A program made the translations under genes and the position numbers. Under the pieces are notes generated by a model that was not told the DNA's origin, ran no database searches, and saw nothing but the letters and a program-made list of their open reading frames with translations. Below, one piece after another: positions 34,510-47,300 of a stretch of 64,000 nucleotides of DNA; position 1 is the stretch's first letter; each line of letters begins with the position of its first letter. The DNA lies in the NCBI GenBank assembly GCA_030295235.1, contig AP026132.1, forward strand, positions 186,001 to 250,000, written 5' to 3'. Source of the stretch: Fistulifera solaris. Taxonomy: Eukaryota.

Positions 34510-34935
34510 ATGAACCGTCTTGTCGCTCTCCTTTGTCTTGTCTTGGCAGCCACTGCCACCGCGTTTGCACCCTCCAAGCAACCGAAATATCAGAAGGCTC
34601 GATTGATCTCGGGCCGTCCCCCCGTGCGTAGTTTCATGTCCGAAGACCCCAATTCCGAAGTCTCCAAAGCACCACAAGGAACGTTTTATGATGATGAGGT
34701 ACGTACCCCTATTGTACACGGTGGATCGTTTATCAAGCCACTCACAACGATGACGCAGGTCAACCCGGACTCGTATGCCCCCAAAGTCGGCATTTCCGAC
34801 TCGATGCGCGATCGCTTGAAACGCGAAGCGTCGCGGGGCTTGGATTCCGAACAAAAACAAACCAACGTAATCTTGTACATCAGTATTGCCGTGGCGCTGC
34901 TCGTCGTGGCGGGTGGGAGTGGCATTCTGTACTAA
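34510..34935 (+). CDS. Small plastid-targeted protein with C-terminal TM helix; probable in-frame intron 34699-34758
   Basis: Signal peptide with ATA-FAP. Hydrophobic C-terminus. GTACGT..CAG 60-nt segment. Confidence 0.75.
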   Translation: MNRLVALLCLVLAATATAFAPSKQPKYQKARLISGRPPVRSFMSEDPNSEVSKAPQGTFYDDEVRTPIVHGGSFIKPLTTMTQVNPDSYAPKVGISDSMRDRLKREASRGLDSEQKQTNVILYISIAVALLVVAGGSGILY

Positions 34936-35652
34936 TGAATGTGACACAAGTATTATATGCATCCAAATAAGAGCGGGAATGAGACAAATATAGTTGTTTT
35001 CATATGATTTGCATCACAACGTATGGCGCCTTGACATGGATGAAGAACAAGAAAAAAGAGGACATTGCATGTTATCAAAAAGTCGACCATCAATACTATA
35101 AGAACCCATTGTTTTTACTAAACGTTGCAATCAGCTATTGTAGCTTGGAATGGTGTTCGTTCTAACTCTGTTTGACTCAGATATGCAGCTTTGATGATGA
35201 CTGATTTCGACTCGAATCTGTCGTTGGAAGGAGGTGCACAGATCTCTAGCACCGTTAAACTTTCGCGCACCTTTTCAACTCAGCTTTTGAAAACTTTAAA
35301 TTCTTCATTCAAGCAGAGTTACCCCTCATCCTCTGAAGCTACCACGAGATCTTCGTTTTAAGCGTTAGGCGTTAGGTATAGTCTATTATCGCTCTAGCTT
35401 TTTAGGTGCGATGACACTCTTCGGAACTCGAAACCTTCGTGTACAGTGTGCAGCGTTATTCGTGTCCAAATTTTCGGTCTGACGTGCGTCCGGAACTCGA
35501 AGCTTCGACTTCAACGACGCGCGCCATTTTTGGGTATCCAAGCGAAAAACGGAAGACACGTTTGTGACACGCGAGTTGTGTCGTCGTTCCCATTCTTCTT
35601 CATTCATCGTGATTGTTGTTTCTTTCTTTCTTTCTTTCTTTCTAACAAGATA

Positions 35653-36513
35653 ATGACAGCCGCAGTGATATTGTTCTCTACGTTCTTACGCGACATAGTG
35701 TCGTTCTTGCCCCCGGGCATCGTCCCGGCCTTTGCGACGGCCTTTTTAGAAGGCGGCAAGTACCTGGGAGCCTTTCGACACGAATTTGTCGGAACCCTGG
35801 TGATGGTGGCATGTACCTTCAGTGCCGGCAAATGGATTGGGACCGAGTCGATTCGTGTCGCTTGGACGTCGCACCTCTTGGGAGTCATCGCGGCCGATTA
35901 CTTGTCGGGTGGACCCCACGTGAACCCCGCCGTCACGACGTCTATGTTTGCCTTGGGCAAATGCAGTTACAGTGAAGCCTTTGTGCGCATCTGTGCCCAA
36001 CTCGCGGGAGGTTTGGTGGCCTTTCCTCTCTTTCATGCCGTGTCCGACACGATGAAATGGGAACCGTTTGGGGGACCGGAATTCAACATGAAAGACGACA
36101 ACGATCACGCGGCCGAAGCCTTTTGTCCGAATTCGCGGCGACCTTTTTGCTCTGTTGGGTGATTTACATTCTCAATTGGGAGATGATTTTTGGGACTTAT
36201 CACTACATCATCAAGCAGTCCTTGACTGCCGTCGCCATTCGGGCTCTCATTGAATTTTTTTCCCACGGCCGGGCCGGCCATGAATCCCATGCTAGCGACG
36301 ACGTGGAGTGTCTTTGGTGTGGGGAACAAGTTCGAATACCCGGCGCACTTCCAGCATTATTTCGTGTATTGGATTGCTCCGTGCCTGGCGGCGGTGTTGG
36401 CGAGTCTCGTGTATGTGGTATATGCGGGGGGCACTTTCTTTGGAGTGAAGCTGCCCATGGGTCCGATCAAGCCACAGCCTCCCAAGGCGGAAGCCAAGAA
36501 AAAGAAGAATTAA
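35653..36513 (+). CDS. Aquaporin/MIP with NPA + NPM motifs (heterokont LIP-type); two frameshifts
   Basis: Motifs HEFVGT, GPHVNPAVT, EFAATF, GPAMNPMLA and VYWIAP. C-terminal KKKKN. Confidence 0.88.
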
Positions 36514-36820
36514 ACGGCATTTGCGTGTCACATGGAGTCGTTCTTGTGTTCTCTACTAGCATCAGCTGAACGATAGGAACGAACGCTTCAAAGTCTCTTG
36601 TGAAATAAATAATGAGTTGTAGGTCTACCCCGAAGTAAACCGTCGCGTTTAGTCTTGCCATTTATATGTTTCAACAATTGCATCGTATCTCAAATTTCAA
36701 TAGAAAAAAGCTACTTTCAATATCAATCTAATTTTAGCTATTTTCATTGTCGTGCATTTTCGCTCCTCCTGCATACAAACACACACACATCACACACACA
36801 AAGACACATAAGCTCCCTCT

Positions 36821-37798
36821 CTAGCCAGCATTGTAATAACCTCCCGCGTACGGCATGCCGGTCGGCATCATGTGTGGCAAAGGCGGCGCCGCCGGCACAA
36901 AGACGGGAATAATCATACCCGCTTGATATCCTTCTGGAACCACAATTTGGACGGGATATCCCGCCGGAGATGTCACCACCATTTGTCGACCCGGCATCAA
37001 TACCGGTGGTACCTGGACTTGAATGGTTACGTGACCGGGAGGCGGTGGCGGTAAATACGAGTACTGCATTGGGGAAAAGGGAGGATGCGGCGATGCGTGA
37101 TACGCGGGTGGGGAGCCGAACAGTTGCGCTGGAGGCGATCCTAGAGAAGGATGTACTACTGCATCGTTCGGTGTAACAGGAGGAGGATTCGAAGCTAGAA
37201 CGGCAAGATTCACGCCTGTAATGGATTCTTCTCCTTTCGTTGGAGTGCTGTCTGCGGCCGAACCAACGGGAGTAGCGGGTGGTTGCGTCGAATTTGTCTC
37301 AGCTGTTACCGAAGGCTCCGATTTACTATTCTTATTCGATTGAGAATCTGTGTTCTCCGTCGCAATTGTTTTCCGAGACTGTACGGGAGAAGAAAAAGCG
37401 GGTATTGGGAGTTTGCTCGCGTCCGGAGAAGACTGAAAAGCAGACCAAGCAAAATTTTCGGCATTCTTGTTCTTGTTTTTGGATCCCTTTTTCTTCGAAC
37501 TGTTAATGTTGTTTTTACTCTTCTGTCCATTGGCTTCATTTTGAGATTGTTGTTGTGGCTTGGGAGGTTTAGGTGAGGTTTTTCCGGTCTCGTCCTGCTT
37601 CTTTTTATTCTTTTTGTTGCGCTTCTTTTTCGTCTTGTTTTGTTCCGGAGATACAATCTCCGGTGCTTCCTCGGACCGTTCCTCCGGCTTTGTAATGGTG
37701 AAATCACTTCCACTCGAGCCAATCCCCAACAAACCTTTGAGGGCAGCCGTTGCTTCGTTGACCTCTTGATCCATTTCCGACTTGCGTTCTATGTACAT
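36821..37798 (-). CDS. Low-complexity protein with PNRC/Edc1-like motif
   Basis: FAWSAFQSSPDASKLPIPAF resembles the PNRC motif (YAG..F..sP....LP.P.F). Confidence 0.55.
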   Translation of the reverse strand: MYIERKSEMDQEVNEATAALKGLLGIGSSGSDFTITKPEERSEEAPEIVSPEQNKTKKKRNKKNKKKQDETGKTSPKPPKPQQQSQNEANGQKSKNNINSSKKKGSKNKNKNAENFAWSAFQSSPDASKLPIPAFSSPVQSRKTIATENTDSQSNKNSKSEPSVTAETNSTQPPATPVGSAADSTPTKGEESITGVNLAVLASNPPPVTPNDAVVHPSLGSPPAQLFGSPPAYHASPHPPFSPMQYSYLPPPPPGHVTIQVQVPPVLMPGRQMVVTSPAGYPVQIVVPEGYQAGMIIPVFVPAAPPLPHMMPTGMPYAGGYYNAG

Positions 37799-38656
37799 TC
37801 TCGTTCGTTTCGATATATACGCCTCACTTCTGAATAAATATCAAAAGGTAAATAATAATATGAAATAGACGAAAGAACTGATGTACGTCTTTCCAGGTCT
37901 TATTGAATAGAAAATGGATTTATGAAAAACTGTTTGTCGCTGTGTCCCGGCAACGCAACGCGGCTTTTCATCATGGTCATCCACGTTCTGTTGTTGTTTT
38001 CAAAACCAGCAGTTCCGCAGCGACGAGCGAACACGAAGGAAATGAAAGGATTTGACCTGTCGTACCAGTACTGCTAATTATTGTTTCGTTGGCCGTTGAT
38101 CGAGATAACACGTTGTTTGCATAAAGAATGAGTGTTGACTATCGAGCTCGTAGTAGCGAAAATCTTTCCGCGTGCCGCAAAAGTATAGATCGTTGGCTGC
38201 GGCGAACAGCCGTAGTCACAGACAGACGCAGTGACGAGCTAAGGTTCTAACCAATAACCAAGCGATGATTCCGAATGAAATGTAGCTATAGAGCGAATGG
38301 TTTATTGACACTCCTTCGTTGCTGAGAGCCAACAACTGACTCTTCTCATGTTGTTGCAGATAATTATGATAGTAAGGGAACTAATGGGGTAGAGACGCTC
38401 TTGCTAGACTATCGAGTGTCGGATCAACATAACTATTAAGATAGCTGTCCATCCAAATATTCATAGCGTCCCGTGAATGCATTGGTATCTAGAGTATTTC
38501 CTATATAGTGGGCATCCTGGTCTACACGAAATGTTCCAAATAACCCAGGCGCTCCGCTGCCATTATTATTTGGAGGAAAATACGGAGTATATGAGACAGT
38601 CAAACCTCGCAACTTTGAACATTCTCAACATCTACACTGATATAGTCTATTCTATA

Positions 38657-38968
38657 TTACTGCGCTTCATTCCGTTCCCGAATTTTTTGTCGTCGCGTCA
38701 ATTTCAAAAAGCGGCGTTTGTCGCGATCACTGGCTTGTTCCAGGGGCATTTTGCGCAATTGGGCCAAGGACGGCAAGGGTTGTGTCAAGGTATCGACCCA
38801 CGCCGGGTATTCCGATCGTTCCAAGACGACGGGAGCGTCCTGATCTTTGTAAATTTTGAGGCCTGCAATGGGAGTCCCCGGTTTCATCGGGAAGGGGGAT
38901 GGACCGGACGATGCGTACGAGCGCCGGGCGAGTTGGCGGTAGGAATTATGGATGAATCGTGTGAACAT
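38657..38968 (-). CDS. MRPL54: Mitochondrial ribosomal protein mL54 (yeast L37-type)
   Basis: Mitochondrial-type presequence. GLKIYKDQDAPVVLERSEYPAWVDTL and RRQKIRERN. Confidence 0.75.
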   Translation of the reverse strand: MFTRFIHNSYRQLARRSYASSGPSPFPMKPGTPIAGLKIYKDQDAPVVLERSEYPAWVDTLTQPLPSLAQLRKMPLEQASDRDKRRFLKLTRRQKIRERNEAQ

Positions 38969-39339
38969 TTCTTTCTTTTTCTATTATAATGATGAAGATG
39001 ATGATGATGATGATGGAAGAAGGGAAAAAATGATATCAACGAATAATTGCGATTCGTCGAGAAGTATTCATGGGAAAAGTAAAATGCGCGGTTCATGTGG
39101 ATGTTGTTATTGCGACGTGCATGCTTTATTTGCCTTTGTGTCGCACCATAAATCGAAGCGACGAAACGTGATTACTACATACCGGTATCCAACCCTTTGC
39201 CCGCGCAACGGTTGCAACAAACAAAAAGCAACACCCGTTTTCAAGCAAATACTTGTAGATCCTTTTCTATGTTGTAACAACTCACACTACGCAATTCCCA
39301 ATTCCATATTCGTTTTGTTTTCTTTAACTAATTTTAAAA

Positions 39340-42300
39340 ATGCCCGACAAAATGGACGAAGAAGCCGCGGCATTGCTCATGAAACCCGGTCGCAGTGTCG
39401 CATTGACGACCCGGGCCCGGCGCCGTCGCGAAGAAGCCGTCCGCCGTTTGGTGGCCGATGTGCAGAGCAAAACGACCGAACACGATTATTTGGTCGCTTC
39501 GACTGTCGCGGCGGCCCTCGAGAAAGGACTCGATCGCGATTTGCATACCGAATTGGTCCAAGAAGCCAAAGACAATGCGGGCCGCATCGGACAAGTCTGT
39601 CACGATCATGCGGATGTCTTCTTGTCGTCGGTGGCACAAATTGCGGCATTGGCCGAGCCGGCCGCGGAATTGGCCGACGGCATTAAAGACAATCACCGCG
39701 AATTGAAAAATGCGACGGCGGGACCGATGCAACAAGCGAATGCGAAGTGGGAGGCGGCGCAACAATCGTACGCTCGAGCCAAAACCTTGCACGTCATGGT
39801 GGACGCCTGTCAGCGTGTCGCGATTCAACTGGAGCGGGCCCGGAAGCAGGCGAATTTGGGGCGTCCCAAGTCGGCGCTCGATGCGGTGGATCAAGCCCGA
39901 TATGCGTTAACGACACCCGTGGAGTCGCTCTTTGAAGGCAATGAGCGGGAATTGTGGAAGGCGACCACGAGTGCTACTAAAAAGAATGATGAAGATGATG
40001 ACTATGATAATAATCATGCGGACGATTCGAACAAAAATCGAGAAAAGTTGGTGAGTCTCGAGCAGACTCCTTTCGGAAATCGAGCCAGTATCATGTTACC
40101 GAAGATTGAAAACGAAGTATTGATGAGTGCCAAGAGAGGCCTCAATCGATGGTTCATGGCGTTGCGGAACGGAGGTGAAGCGGCCAAAATTGGTCGGGTC
40201 ATTTTGCGGCAGTGCGGCTACGCGCAAGCATTGGGTCAGGACGCTTGGGACTCGGCGGAACCCTGCCGCCTTCGTACATGTGGCGCAGCAAAGCCGCCGA
40301 TAATTCCTTGGCCCGTGTCGATGTCAGTGGAAAGGTCGGTCGTTCCTTGCGCATGGGCTACTTTTGTGATCGAGATGCGCCCAAAGAGGCCGAACGTCTC
40401 GAGAAATCGACCAAGGAAGGTTTGGAACGCCGTGTGGAAGCCATTGTGACCGCCTTTGGATTCTACCGCTGCTGGGATGAAAGCGCCCCATTGCTAGTAG
40501 AGCCCACCGAATTTGCCGAGCTCGTTTCGAACATGGATGCCAGTAATCGTTCTCGGGTGAGTACGTCGGGAAGTCGGCATGGTACGAGTGGCAGTCGACA
40601 TGGGTTGCGTGGAAGTCGGCATGGTAAAGGGCGCTCCCTCGGGTTCCGGGCCAGTACGAGCAGTCGCAGTCAAGCCTATCAGGATATCAGCTCCACGTTG
40701 GGAGCTGCAGCGAATTGCAGACAGGCAATCTCAAGAGTCGGTGGGTGGAGCTGTTCATCCCGGATGTTTTACAAGAAAGTTATAGTGGAAGGTGGGTTTT
40801 AAGTTCGTTGTCCGCACTAATTCTGACAACATGGAATGCTTTCGCTTACCCTTTGCTGCAATAAATTATCAGAAAAGAAGAGGAGCTCTTGCTTCTACGC
40901 TTACCAGAGTCCGTCCATCCTGTCAGGCGGGCAGAGCTCGCTTTCACTTTGCTCGGTAGAACCGACGAGTTTGTTGCGTACTACGAGTCGAATCGGTTCG
41001 GTGAAACCAAACTGTCGGGTGAGGGAGGTGAGAAGGCAAGGACAAGCTATCTATCCGCTCTAACAGGTGATGACATCAGCGTAGGAACCGATCGTATTTT
41101 CTATGCAAAGACGCTGCCGCACTTGTGTGCATCGGTGATGGGCTTCTGTGCCATTGAAGCGGCCCTCGAATATGGAAACTTTTCGGAAAAGGAAGGAGAA
41201 GCAACTTCGAGCAGCTTGACTCGATCTGGAATCAACAAGCAAGTCTCGATGAGTTCCGGTGGGTTTCGGGAATCATCCGAAGCTTATGAGAGAAGCTTGA
41301 TCGGGGAGCTCGGATCAGTCTGCCGTTCGCGCGCCGTGAACGGGCAACTTTGCGAGCTAGTTCGCGCGTCAGTGTTGCTGTCAATCTTTCGTGGGGCACT
41401 GAAAATTTCGCATCCGAGTTCGACTTCAAGACGATTTGATAAAGATTTGCTTTCCGTCGACAAAAACATTTTGACCATTGCTCACAAGGTTGCGAATGAT
41501 GAACAGTTGCGCGTTTCAGCTGCGCTTTCGTACGATGATCAAAAAGTTCCCATGCTGCTTTCAGATGCTCCGACACGCATTGATACCAGGCAACCCGCCG
41601 CGACACTTTCTGGCATTCCTGATCCGGAAATTGAGGGACTTCCGTTCGGGCTGAGTGAAATGATCCAGAAACCGTCACAGGTAGAACTTGACTTTCAAGA
41701 TCAAGCCAGAACCAGTTTTAATCGAGCACCCATGGATGAGGCGTTCACCTTTTCCCCGGCGGTTCCACAGGTGATCCGCTCACTTCACGCTCGATCCATT
41801 ACGCTCGCCGTATTCGCATTGAGTCAAGTTGAATTGGGTCAGTCTTTTCCCGACAAGAAATGTTGCAATGCGGCTGCTTATGTTCTTGATGGCGTGGACG
41901 GACTAGTCACTTCGACTGCCATGGGTTTAAAAGATAGCGACAATGTTGCTGAAGAAGGCTCTGTCGAAAAGGCTGTCCAGGTGATGGCCAACATTTCCGC
42001 TCTCCAGCGGTGCCTCCCTCGGTTCTATGGCTGTTTAATACGCGGGATGTGCAACATAGGTCTAGTACGATCCGACGAAGTTGATGCGACTTTGGCATAC
42101 ACCGAACGAGTGTTAAAATCTTCGGATAAAGCATGCGATGCCCAGGTGGGGAGCATGTACAGTCTCGTGTACGAGATTTGTAGGAACAAGATCGATTCAC
42201 ACATGAATCTAGCTCTGGAAAATTTCCAATGGGTGGCAAAATCGGAACGCGACATGCCCAATGCGTACTGTGAAGGACTGATTGGATACCTTCGGTCTGT

Positions 42301-42883
42301 TTTCGCATCATTGGGTCCGATGGATGAAGGCTCTCGAGCCGGTTTGCACTTTTCGTGCTGTGGGCACGTGGCCGAGAAACTCGTCAAGCTATTGTCGGGA
42401 AAGCCTGGTGACACGGCCACGTTCGACGACTCTTCTCTCCCGCCCATTACTCGTATTGATGCTTTTGGAATTAAGAATCTATTCACGGATTGCCAGGGAG
42501 TTTGAGAGGTTTGCGGATACTACTGGCGTACCGCAGCTCCGAGATTGCTTCAATGAATTGCGGATCTTGACCACTTTTATGCTGGATAAAGAGTTGCCTT
42601 TACTTCTTCTGCCTGAAAATTCAACATCACGACGACGCAAATACCCTATTCTTAGCATGGATAAAGTCTTGAGCATGCTAGAAAAATATCAAGGAACGGG
42701 TCTGGTGAGTGCAATATTGTGTTACTGTTTTTATAGTGGTTGTTCTGACTAACGATTTATTCTTGTTTCGAACTGTAGGGCGACAAGCTCATGGGCGGAT
42801 CGAGATCTTCCGACTTTTTATTCATCGACAAGAAGGAAGTCACACAACTAATCAAAATTGCACGCAGCCAGACAATTCAGTAA
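39340..42883 (+). CDS. SEC15: Exocyst subunit Sec15/EXOC6-like (introns near 40792-40872 and 42705-42778; frameshifts)
   Basis: IGQVCHDHADVFLSSV N-terminal motif, YYESNR, KIDSHMNLALENFQW, GLIGYLRSVF and QLRDCFNELR in a long helical protein. Confidence 0.7.
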
Positions 42884-42962
42884 TACGTTATACGTCGTAT
42901 AATACTAGTTCTTTTGTTCCCTATTTAACTCGTCTAGCTTGGTTCTACCTTCCCAACTATCA

Positions 42963-44035
42963 TCATATGATCTGCTCCGCCACAACGGGTGTCATTTCCG
43001 TGGATGGTGGTGGTGTTCGTACCGGTCGACAAAATCCCAGCACTTCGTCCCGGACCTGCGCCGGAAAGCACGCTTTCGCAAACGGCGACAACCAATCCAT
43101 CCGACACCGCGTCCCATCGCCATCATGGACGCCAAACACTTCCGCCACTCCCGCCAGTGCCCCCGAGACCGTGTGACCCTTCATGCGATCAATGTGGGTT
43201 AATTTGGAAAAATGACATCCCACTGATCAAAGATCATGCAGGATGTGAACATGCCAAATAAAACCGCCTCAATGAGCAATCCGAGAATATTCACGAGCTG
43301 CGTCGGATGATCGAGGCACGTATAATGACGAACGGCTTTGCCTCTGCCGGCATGACACGTGGCGAACCGCGTGATAATTAACACCAACGAATAGAGGCAC
43401 GAAAGCATCGTGTAAAACACAAAGAGCAAAAAATACTTGTGATTCCCAATTCCGACACAATTGTTCACCCAAGGACAATGATGATCCATTTTAATAATAC
43501 ACCGACGGCAGACACTGCAATGATGAGCCCGTGGTGGTTTGAACGAACGGCACCGCCGACACAGTTTCTTGGTGGGCGGATCGGCCAACAGACCGATGGC
43601 TTCTTCCTGTTGCGAGGACTCTTCGGGAAGAGGTTTCGCGTCCGGCGGCACCGCACCGGGATCGGTCGTCATGGCCATGAAATGCGAAATGACCGCAAAT
43701 AGCGCAATCGCGTTAAACCCCACTTCATGCAAGCGACCCCACCACGACAGGTGACGGATGCCATCCTCTCCGGTCACACCCATCCACGGCGGCAATAAGA
43801 TCCAGCACACGGCATACACTCCGTACGCGTGTAACGCATACGTACAAAGGGCACAAAAGAGACCACAGCAGTCTAAATTGAGCCAGTGTCGATCGAACGG
43901 TCCCGTTCCGCAATACTGACGACGCACGGTGGCGCGTTTGACCATGCGTTCGTCTCCGCCGTCTTCGACCATTCTCGTTTCGGGTTTCGGGAGCGGTTTC
44001 CCTCGACGAAATGGTTCCGTAGAAGACATTAGCAT
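42963..44035 (-). CDS. DHHC palmitoyltransferase (frameshift near 43205)
   Basis: CRRCRSFKPPRAHHCSVCRRCIIKMDHHCPWVNNCVGIGNHKYF and TTDPGAVP. Confidence 0.93.
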
Positions 44036-44327
44036 TGGGTAAAGGAAAGAAGATAGGAGAGCTGATGTTTTTATTCGAGGAGTCCGGCGATTACAATAAG
44101 AAATAAATGCAATATGCTGGCGGCAAGATTCACAATGCCGAGAGAAAACGCGACAAACGACACTTTACTCAACAGATGTCGTAGCGGCAAACAAAGTACG
44201 ATAGTGCAATGCCGAGACTACGTTGTACGGTACTTGTACAGGCCCAAATATTATTACGATGAGAGAACATAGTTGCAAACTATAGAGAGAACCTAATAAC
44301 GATTTAATGATGGATTGTGCATCCCGA

Positions 44328-47300
44328 TCATCTCGGGGGCATCGTGTCCGGTTGCGAAAACGACCAACCCTGGTCAGCTGCCGAAGGCACCAATGGATCG
44401 ACCATCGCGCGGGGAAGTGTGCTATCTTGCGTGTCTCCCAACGCCATCGTTCCCCAAACGTCCATACCGGACATGCTAAAGGCCCGACCGTACGATCGGC
44501 CACTGTCGGGGGCAGACCGCGTGGGGGCGGGAGCATTCGAGGAGGCATGGACGGGTGTGACTCCATTACTCACAATGGAGCCATCGCGGGCAATCAGTCC
44601 GGCGTTCGTGAGTGCTTGCTCCTGTCGTTGCACCAACTTTTTCAACTCGGATATTTGTTCCAGTAAATCATCGGGAGCATCCGTCATGCCGCCCGATTCT
44701 TGAGACTTTCTCGCGTAACGAAGAATATCGGACACCACCACATCCGCCGATAATGCATTGTGGTACAGCAACCATGTTTGCAAGAGTCGTGGGAGTTGCA
44801 GAGCGGCGAGGAGGAACAATGGAATGAAAATCAAGTGACCGCAAACTATATCATGAAGCATGTAGAAATGTTTGACGAGTTTGACTCCTGCCAATAGACC
44901 AATCTGGCACAAGGCTCCCAAGGCATAATACGCTGATAGAGCATAGCGAACGTAGTTCGAGTCCTCAATGAAAAGAGTTACCACACCAGCAATGAGACCA
45001 CAGAAAATCGCAATGCCTATGGTACGTCGCACGGGATATGGGAAACTTCGCTCACTGGCAATAAAGCCCCTCTCTAGTACCAGCAAGGCACCAATGAAGA
45101 TGAGCACGTTGCCGACGGCCACAATAGGCTTGTTCAGGCTAGCATCGGATCGGAACAAATTCGATCGGCGAATACCTTCGGCCACAAGTAAATACAAAGC
45201 CGACTTAACGCAGAACATAAGCTTCGATGTAAACGGAATACTCTTGTAGAAGGCGGTCTCCTCGTTCCACCACATCGACCAGCTTTTCGCGGCTCCTCCA
45301 GAAGGGCAGCGCATCCACTTGACCCAGAGCTCGTAGTCGCTTACAACAACATTCCAGTCGAATGTAAGGGGATTGAACCAAAACGGACTGCACAAGAAGG
45401 AAGCTGACGCAAGCCACAAAGACCACGTTCTACCAAAGTATTGTTTCGCCTCCGTATAAATACCCATAAGAACTAAACCAGCCGCTAGCTCTACGCCCAG
45501 ATAGAGGTGACTCGACGCAAAGAAGCGATATTGTTCGTCAAACGGAGTGTGCTGTGTAACAAAACCACGGCCTGTTGGCCTGTACTTCGCACCGCCGACG
45601 AGAATCGTTTGGGCCATGTACGTTGCTTTCGTTTGAATGTGGAACATGAAGTGAAGCGGGCCTCCGGTAATAAAGATAGAGAACAGCTCCTGAAAGCTAG
45701 CGAACCAACCCCGTTCCACTCCGAGCGTAGCAAACAGCGGGATGGTTTGCAACAAACCGAGACCACCAAGTAGCATTTGAATAGTTCCCATTGGCGTGAT
45801 TAGACGATCCCCAATCCTCTCCAAATCGAACACCGCCAGAACTAACATCAAGTACACAACGACGTAAACGGTAAAGATTGTAAGAACGTTGCTGAAGTAG
45901 TGACCAATTCCTCCGTAGTAGAAAGAAAGCAATCGGCAAAAATCAAGCCGGTTGCACATTCGGTACACATCTCGTGAAAGACTCTGTTCGGCTGCACCTT
46001 GGCTGAGCTTAGCTTCGAACTTGTAAATTTGACTCATTCCTACGTCTCTCCCCTTTCCTACTTGAACGTATTCTTTGAAAGCAACAGAGCCTCCTCGGAT
46101 AACATTATTGTAGCCAGCGAAAATATCTTCGGACAAGTTTATACCCTGCGAAGCCTTGCTAATCCCACCTCTTGTAATGAAGAAAAGTTTGTCGAAAACG
46201 TCAGGGTGACCGTAATGCAGACGAATGCGGAGTGGTCTAGCGAGCACACGCTGACCCAAAGAAACAAACGAAATTTCCTGTAAAGCCATGTAGTTTGCCA
46301 GAGAACTGACGCTACCAGTAAATATGTGCTCTCGAAGTCCAAGGATTGTAGTTGGTAGCGGACCTTCACGCTTTGCAAATTCCTGTAGGCAGTTCCGCAT
46401 CTTGAGAGCTTCCTCAAAGTAACCTTCTTGGTTCATGTCAATAGTTTGGACAAACTCCCCCCTCGTAAAAAATCATAGCATGGTTTTGGTTCTCCGGCTT
46501 GCCCTCGCCAATCACGGGATTTCCTGGCAATCGAACGCGATAAATTTCTTGGATCTTGCCTTTGCCGTTGCTCTTCACCAGCACTGAATAGAAGACCGAC
46601 GCTCCTGACCGGTTGATTCGTATGCTGTCAATATACGCCACCCGAAGATGTGGAAAGCGGTGCATTAGGCTGTCTATGTCGTCTGCTTTCGGATCTTGGT
46701 TTCTCTTCATCTGCCCATAAATTTGACACGTGACAACGTATCCGAACTTCTCACCAAGGAGATCATTTGTAGTGTGGTCATCGATTCGTTCAAGATTTGC
46801 GAGGAGCCTGAGTGCCTTTTCACAATACATCATCCCAGTTACTGTTCTTGTGAGTGTTTGAGCTCGAATACTAGCCCATCGTCGTGTCTCATCGATGTAT
46901 TTTGGCTGCCAAACCTTTTCTTCCTCTTTCACTCCTAGTCTCTCTAAAAAGTTATTCCAATCAGAACGATACAACGTCTGAAGATAAAGAAGCGTCGAAA
47001 CACCAAGAGCGTCAGTTCGTCGTTCTAGATCGGCTTTGCTGTATAGAACGTCCTCGGAGTAAAAGGGGGTCAACACGTTCCATGAAAACATGTCATGAAT
47101 TGATGGAGCATCAGGCATATCCATGAAAAGGGAGTTAACGAAAAACGTCAGGCGACGGCGGGCTTCTTTTGACTTGGGTTCGGCATCATCCGGATGCATA
47201 CACACGAGACCATAAATCTTCTTCAAAACTCCCTTGAAAGTATCATTCTTTGCTATGTCATCAAGCTGAGAGGATGCATAGTAGTCATCCCAAAAGAAAC

